Assembly (NCBI GenBank): GCA_964545795.1
Contig: CAZJGC010000003.1
Coordinates: 738-64,737, forward strand
Length of the DNA: 64,000 nucleotides
Direction: 5' to 3'
Source of the DNA: an uncultured archaeon
GTDB lineage: Archaea; Aenigmatarchaeota; Aenigmatarchaeia; Aenigmatarchaeales; DAIDAN01
In this document: one piece after another, positions 59,685-64,000 of the stretch
Layout of the letters: each line of letters begins with the position of its first letter
Position numbering within the stretch: position 1 is the first letter of the stretch
Notes under the pieces: model-generated
Seen by the model: the letters and a program-made list of their open reading frames with translations, nothing else
The model's database searches: none
Told to the model about the DNA's origin: nothing
Program-made: the position numbers and the translations under genes

Positions 59685-61571
59685 GTGAATATTTTGGAAG
59701 AGAAAACAAGCGACTTTTTTAACAGAATAAAGTCTATGGTGCCTTCAGACATAGAAATATCAGACATAAGGTTTGAGGGCTGTGAAATTGTTTTGTATAC
59801 AAAAAACAAAAAGGCGTTTTCAGAGAACGGAGAATTTATAAGGGAAATTGTATCAAAAATTAAGAAAAGAGTAATATTAAGAGCAGATCCTTCGCTGTGC
59901 ATGAATCCTGAAAATGCAAAGGAAATTATAAAAGAACTGACGCCGAAGGATGCAGGGCTTAAGGAAATAAATTTTGAACCTGCTTTCGGAACTGTTATTC
60001 TTGAAGCCGAGAAGCCTGGACTTGTTATAGGAAAGAATGGCGAAACTCTTAAAGAAATAAAAAAACAGACGCTTTGGGACCCTATAGTTAAGAGAGTTCC
60101 CGTAATATCAAGCGATGTTGTAAAAACGCTGAGGGAAATCTTATATAAAGAAAGCGTGTTTAGAAAGGATTTTCTTGACAAGATTGGAAGAAAGATACAT
60201 AGCGGATGGAAAGGAACAGACTGGATAAGGCTTACTGCTTTGGGAGGTTTTCGGGAAGTGGGACGTTCTGCGCTGTTATTGCAGACTCCGGAAAGCAAGG
60301 TGCTCCTTGATTGCGGAATAAAACCAGGAAATAATGAATTTCCGTATTTAACTGTTCCTGAATTTGATATACAAACTCTTAATGCGGTAGTAATATCTCA
60401 TGCCCATCTTGATCATGTAGGAATGATACCTTATTTATATGAATATGGATATGAAGGCCCTCTTTACTGTACTGCTCCTACAAGAGACTTAATGGTTTTG
60501 CTTTGCATGGATTTTATTAATATTTCTCAAAGAGAATTAGGGCAATCTATCTATACAACAAAAGGAATTAAAGAGGCTGTCAAACGTTCCATATGCCTTG
60601 AATACGGAGAGGTTTCTGATATAACTCCTGATATGAGGCTTACTCTTGCAAATGCAGGCCATGTTCTTGGCAGTTCAATAACGCATATACATATAGGCAA
60701 TGGAATGCATAATGTAATTTATACAGGAGATTTCAAATATGACAGAACAGCTTTATTTGAGCCTGCATCTACCGCTTTCACTCGGGCGGAAACAATAATA
60801 ATTGAGAGCACATACGGCGGTGAAAAGGACATACAGCCCACGCGCGCTACATCCGAAGCCAATTTATTGAATACTGTAAAGAAAGTTATGGACAGAAGAG
60901 GGAAGGTTATAATACCTGCTTTTGCTGTTGAACGTGCGCAGGATGTTATGGCTATATTGGCTGAGAACGAGTTTGAATATCCTGTTTATCTTGATGGCAT
61001 GCTATGGGATGCAACGGCAATTTACACTGCCTATCCTGAATATATGAGCAGGGAGATTCAGAACCTAATATTCCATAAGGGTTTCAATCCTTTCACTGCT
61101 GAAATTTTCAAGAGGGTTGGTTCTGCCGATGAAAGAAAATCTGTTATAGAAGACAAGGAACCATGCGTGATTATTTCTACATCTGGAATGCTTACAGGAG
61201 GACCTGTTATGGAGTATTTGAAGAGGCTTTGCGAAGATGAGAAAAACATGCTCATGTTTGTGGGTTATCAGGGAGAGGGAACTTTTGGAAGAAGAATACA
61301 AAGGGGTTGGAAGGAAATGCCAATACATGAAAATGGAAAAAATATAACTCTTCCTATAAGGTGTGAAATTTCAACTGTTGAGGGTCTTTCAGGTCATAGT
61401 GATAACAAGCAACTTATAAATTATGTTTCAAGATTGCGCGCAAAACCCGAGAGAATAATATGCAATCATGGCGACAATCTGAAATGCGGAGAGCTTGCAA
61501 GAACAATGCACAGAATTTTCAGATGCGAGACAATGGCGCCGAAACTGCTTGAAACAGTTAGATTGAAATAA
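59685..61571 (+). CDS. fttA: aCPSF1/FttA beta-CASP ribonuclease
   Basis: KH domains (GLVIGKNG), HAHLDH, AGHVLG, ESTYG, SGHSD. Confidence 0.96.
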   Translation: MNILEEKTSDFFNRIKSMVPSDIEISDIRFEGCEIVLYTKNKKAFSENGEFIREIVSKIKKRVILRADPSLCMNPENAKEIIKELTPKDAGLKEINFEPAFGTVILEAEKPGLVIGKNGETLKEIKKQTLWDPIVKRVPVISSDVVKTLREILYKESVFRKDFLDKIGRKIHSGWKGTDWIRLTALGGFREVGRSALLLQTPESKVLLDCGIKPGNNEFPYLTVPEFDIQTLNAVVISHAHLDHVGMIPYLYEYGYEGPLYCTAPTRDLMVLLCMDFINISQRELGQSIYTTKGIKEAVKRSICLEYGEVSDITPDMRLTLANAGHVLGSSITHIHIGNGMHNVIYTGDFKYDRTALFEPASTAFTRAETIIIESTYGGEKDIQPTRATSEANLLNTVKKVMDRRGKVIIPAFAVERAQDVMAILAENEFEYPVYLDGMLWDATAIYTAYPEYMSREIQNLIFHKGFNPFTAEIFKRVGSADERKSVIEDKEPCVIISTSGMLTGGPVMEYLKRLCEDEKNMLMFVGYQGEGTFGRRIQRGWKEMPIHENGKNITLPIRCEISTVEGLSGHSDNKQLINYVSRLRAKPERIICNHGDNLKCGELARTMHRIFRCETMAPKLLETVRLK

Positions 61572-61620
61572 GTGATTTTCAACCGACAAGCATAAAAGTA
61601 TGTTCTTCATAAGAACTATT

Positions 61621-63015
61621 ATGTCAGTAATGATTGGGCTGGAAACCCATGTGCAGTTGAGCACTAATACAAAACTTTTCTGCGGCTGTTCTCTTAAGAG
61701 AATTAGCGAGGCTAAACCCAATACCAGATGTTGTCCGACATGTTTGGGCATGCCAGGTTCAAAGCCAAGATTAAATAAATCTGCAATAGAGGCAGCAGTA
61801 AAAATAGCGCTTGCTTTAGAATGCAAAATTAACAGGAATTTTTTCTTTTCAAGAAAAAGTTATTTTTATCCTGATATGAGCAAAAATTTCCAGATAACGC
61901 AGTATGAAGTGCCTATAGCAGAGTCTGGCGTAATGAAAATGGAGAAAAAAGAAATAAGGATAAGAAGAATAAATATAGAAGAAGACCCTGCAAAGCTTGT
62001 TCATGTTGGCGGTTCAATAACAACAGCCAAAAATGTTCTTGTTGACTACAATCGCTCAGGCATTCCTTTGTGCGAAATTGTGACAGAACCGGATTTTGCA
62101 TCGCCTAAAGAAGCAAGAATTTTTCTGCAAAAACTTGCTATGGTTCTGAAATATCTTAAGGTTTTTGAGGCTGATGAATTTTCATTAAAAACAGATGCGA
62201 ACATATCAATAGAGGGCGGGGAGCGCGTGGAAGTCAAAAATATAACAGGCTTCAGGGAAATAGAAAAAGCGCTGAATTATGAAATAGTCAGACAGAGAAA
62301 CATTATCAGAACAGGCAGGAAAATAAGCAGAGAGACGCGTGCATGGGATGCAGTTTCAAATGTTACAAAACCTCTGCGAACAAAGGAAGGAGAAGATGAT
62401 TATGGATATATTTTTGAGCCTGATTTAACTGAAATAGAACTGACGGAAAATCAGATAGTTGGTATAAAAGAAAAGCTGCCTGAACTGGCTCATCAGAAAT
62501 TTGAGAGATACCAGAAAGAATTTTCTATAAGCAAGGAACTTAGCTACTCAATAGCTTCTGATATAGAAATGGCGCAGTTTTTTGAGGATATTGCAAAGAA
62601 CATTGAACCAAAGTTTGCTGCATCATGGATTCTTGTGCTTAAGAAAATATTGAATTATAATGACATTATGGTTAGTGAAATGAAAATGGGAAAAAATGAT
62701 TTTGAAAAACTGCTGAATGTTATAAAATCCGGAAAACTTTCAGACAGGGCAGGAGAACTTGTTTTAAGGGAAATTGTTAATAGTCCGGAAAAATTAGATG
62801 AAACAATAGAAAGGTATATAAAGACAAATTCCGAAGAACTTGAAAAAGTTGTTGATAATGTGCTTGAAAAAAACATGAAGGCTGTTAATGATTACAAGTC
62901 AGGAAACAAGGCTTCTATAGAGTTTCTTATTGGTCAGTCAATGCGCGAAACAGGAGGCAAGGCAGATGCAAGGGAAATAAGAAAAATAATTGAAAAGAAA
63001 TTAAATAACATTTAA
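61621..63015 (+). CDS. gatB: Asp/Glu-tRNA amidotransferase subunit B
   Basis: IGLETHVQL, FSRKSYFYPD, EED, DYNRSG.PL.EIVTEP, EVKN. Confidence 0.96.
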   Translation: MSVMIGLETHVQLSTNTKLFCGCSLKRISEAKPNTRCCPTCLGMPGSKPRLNKSAIEAAVKIALALECKINRNFFFSRKSYFYPDMSKNFQITQYEVPIAESGVMKMEKKEIRIRRINIEEDPAKLVHVGGSITTAKNVLVDYNRSGIPLCEIVTEPDFASPKEARIFLQKLAMVLKYLKVFEADEFSLKTDANISIEGGERVEVKNITGFREIEKALNYEIVRQRNIIRTGRKISRETRAWDAVSNVTKPLRTKEGEDDYGYIFEPDLTEIELTENQIVGIKEKLPELAHQKFERYQKEFSISKELSYSIASDIEMAQFFEDIAKNIEPKFAASWILVLKKILNYNDIMVSEMKMGKNDFEKLLNVIKSGKLSDRAGELVLREIVNSPEKLDETIERYIKTNSEELEKVVDNVLEKNMKAVNDYKSGNKASIEFLIGQSMRETGGKADAREIRKIIEKKLNNI

Positions 63016-63030
63016 ATACTCTTTTCACAA

Positions 63031-64000
63031 ATGATGTTTATGTTTGATGTTATGCTTGCTCAGCTTTTTGGACAAGGCGACTGGTTGGGCACTATTATAT
63101 CATTCGCTTTTATTTTCCTTCTGGTAATTTTCGGTCCAAGACTTATGATAACTCAGACAGTCATGAAGCTTGAAAAAGATGTTCTGGAACTTGAAAATAT
63201 GGCTTCAAAGGCAAGAAAATTTACAGTAAAAAGATTTATTGAGAATCCGTCCAGAGAAGCAAATGAAAAGGTAAAGAGTTTTATGGATTTTTTTGTTGCT
63301 GTTCCTGTAAGCACAGACCCATTTGGCATTATAAAGAAAATTGATGCTGTGATGCGGCATGGAAACAAAAAACACAAACTTTTCGTAGAGTCGCTTGCAC
63401 CAGGCATAAGCAAGACAGAAAAAATGAATTTTAGCGCTGCGCTTGCGCATAGTTCAGGAATTCAACAAATAGCCAAAATAATGAGGCATTATCTTGAAAC
63501 TATAAAAAAATACAAAATTTTCCAACTTGCAATGATTTTGCAGATGCAGTTTCCGTTAATAAAGAGAATGGCAGTGGCGCTTTATGATTCTGTTGATGCC
63601 TTTACAAAAGGGTTGCCTATCGGAGACGGAATTGGCCCAATGGTTGTTGCAAATATGATACCTTCTGAAAGGAATGTTAAAAAAATAGAGTCTGAGGAAT
63701 TTGTTTATTATAAAACCAAAATAAATGGAAGGGATGTCATACTTTCAAAGGCTGACGGTCCCGGCGCATCCATAGGGCATCCTGGCAAGTTTGTTGAGTA
63801 TATTGCAAAGAAGGAAAAAATAACAAGAATAATATCAGTAGATGCCGCCATGGGATTGGAGGGAGAAAAGCCGGGAAGCATAGCAGAAGGTGTTGGCTTT
63901 GGAATGCGCGGTTCAAACCCTGTTGATTCTTTTGAAATAGAGGAAATTGCAACAAAAAAAGGAATATTGCTTGATTCAATAGCAATTAAACAAATAGGAG
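63031..64000 (+). CDS. DUF1512-like archaeal protein (partial, runs off the window end)
   Basis: Manually read frame: N-terminal TM, P...DPFG, PIGDGIGP, KADGPG, VDAA..LEGE..G.IAEGVG. Confidence 0.85.
   Translation, partial: MMFMFDVMLAQLFGQGDWLGTIISFAFIFLLVIFGPRLMITQTVMKLEKDVLELENMASKARKFTVKRFIENPSREANEKVKSFMDFFVAVPVSTDPFGIIKKIDAVMRHGNKKHKLFVESLAPGISKTEKMNFSAALAHSSGIQQIAKIMRHYLETIKKYKIFQLAMILQMQFPLIKRMAVALYDSVDAFTKGLPIGDGIGPMVVANMIPSERNVKKIESEEFVYYKTKINGRDVILSKADGPGASIGHPGKFVEYIAKKEKITRIISVDAAMGLEGEKPGSIAEGVGFGMRGSNPVDSFEIEEIATKKGILLDSIAIKQIG

Noticed and set aside
5146..63985. Numerous antisense and nested short ORFs in the track
   Set aside because: They lie within well-supported genes and show no motifs

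Overview
AT-rich archaeal chromosomal segment with compact genes. It is most consistent with a DPANN lineage such as Aenigmarchaeota; this is inferred from gene content and not proven. The window is mostly core machinery: cdc6 with an ORB/DUE origin, PolB with an adjacent degenerate DP1, histone-RPA-RadA, topo VI, nrdD-nrdH-nrdG, arcTGT, two EndA paralogues, AlaRS/GlyRS/GatB, proteasome beta and aCPSF1, plus three intron-containing tRNAs. Main signals: (1) 11-bp-phased GTGAA / TTCACGTGAA palindrome arrays resembling bacterial parS, at three loci. The densest spans nrdH-nrdG and ends on the start of an AAA+/wHTH ATPase; another is interleaved with near-perfect ORBs 5 kb from cdc6. (2) A tRNA-Phe with three introns (9/10, 37/38, 53/54) whose 15-nt leader appears able to refold the precursor for splicing. 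(3) A second origin-like locus with AACTCTCACTTT repeats, AT-rich tracts and 10-bp phased A-tracts around two wHTH-type genes. (4) A eukaryote-like PolB(Zn finger) plus inactive DP1 pair. (5) A RaSEA-ArcS-domain fusion. No CRISPR array, transposase or integrase was seen. All assignments are by eye from motifs; no searches were run.
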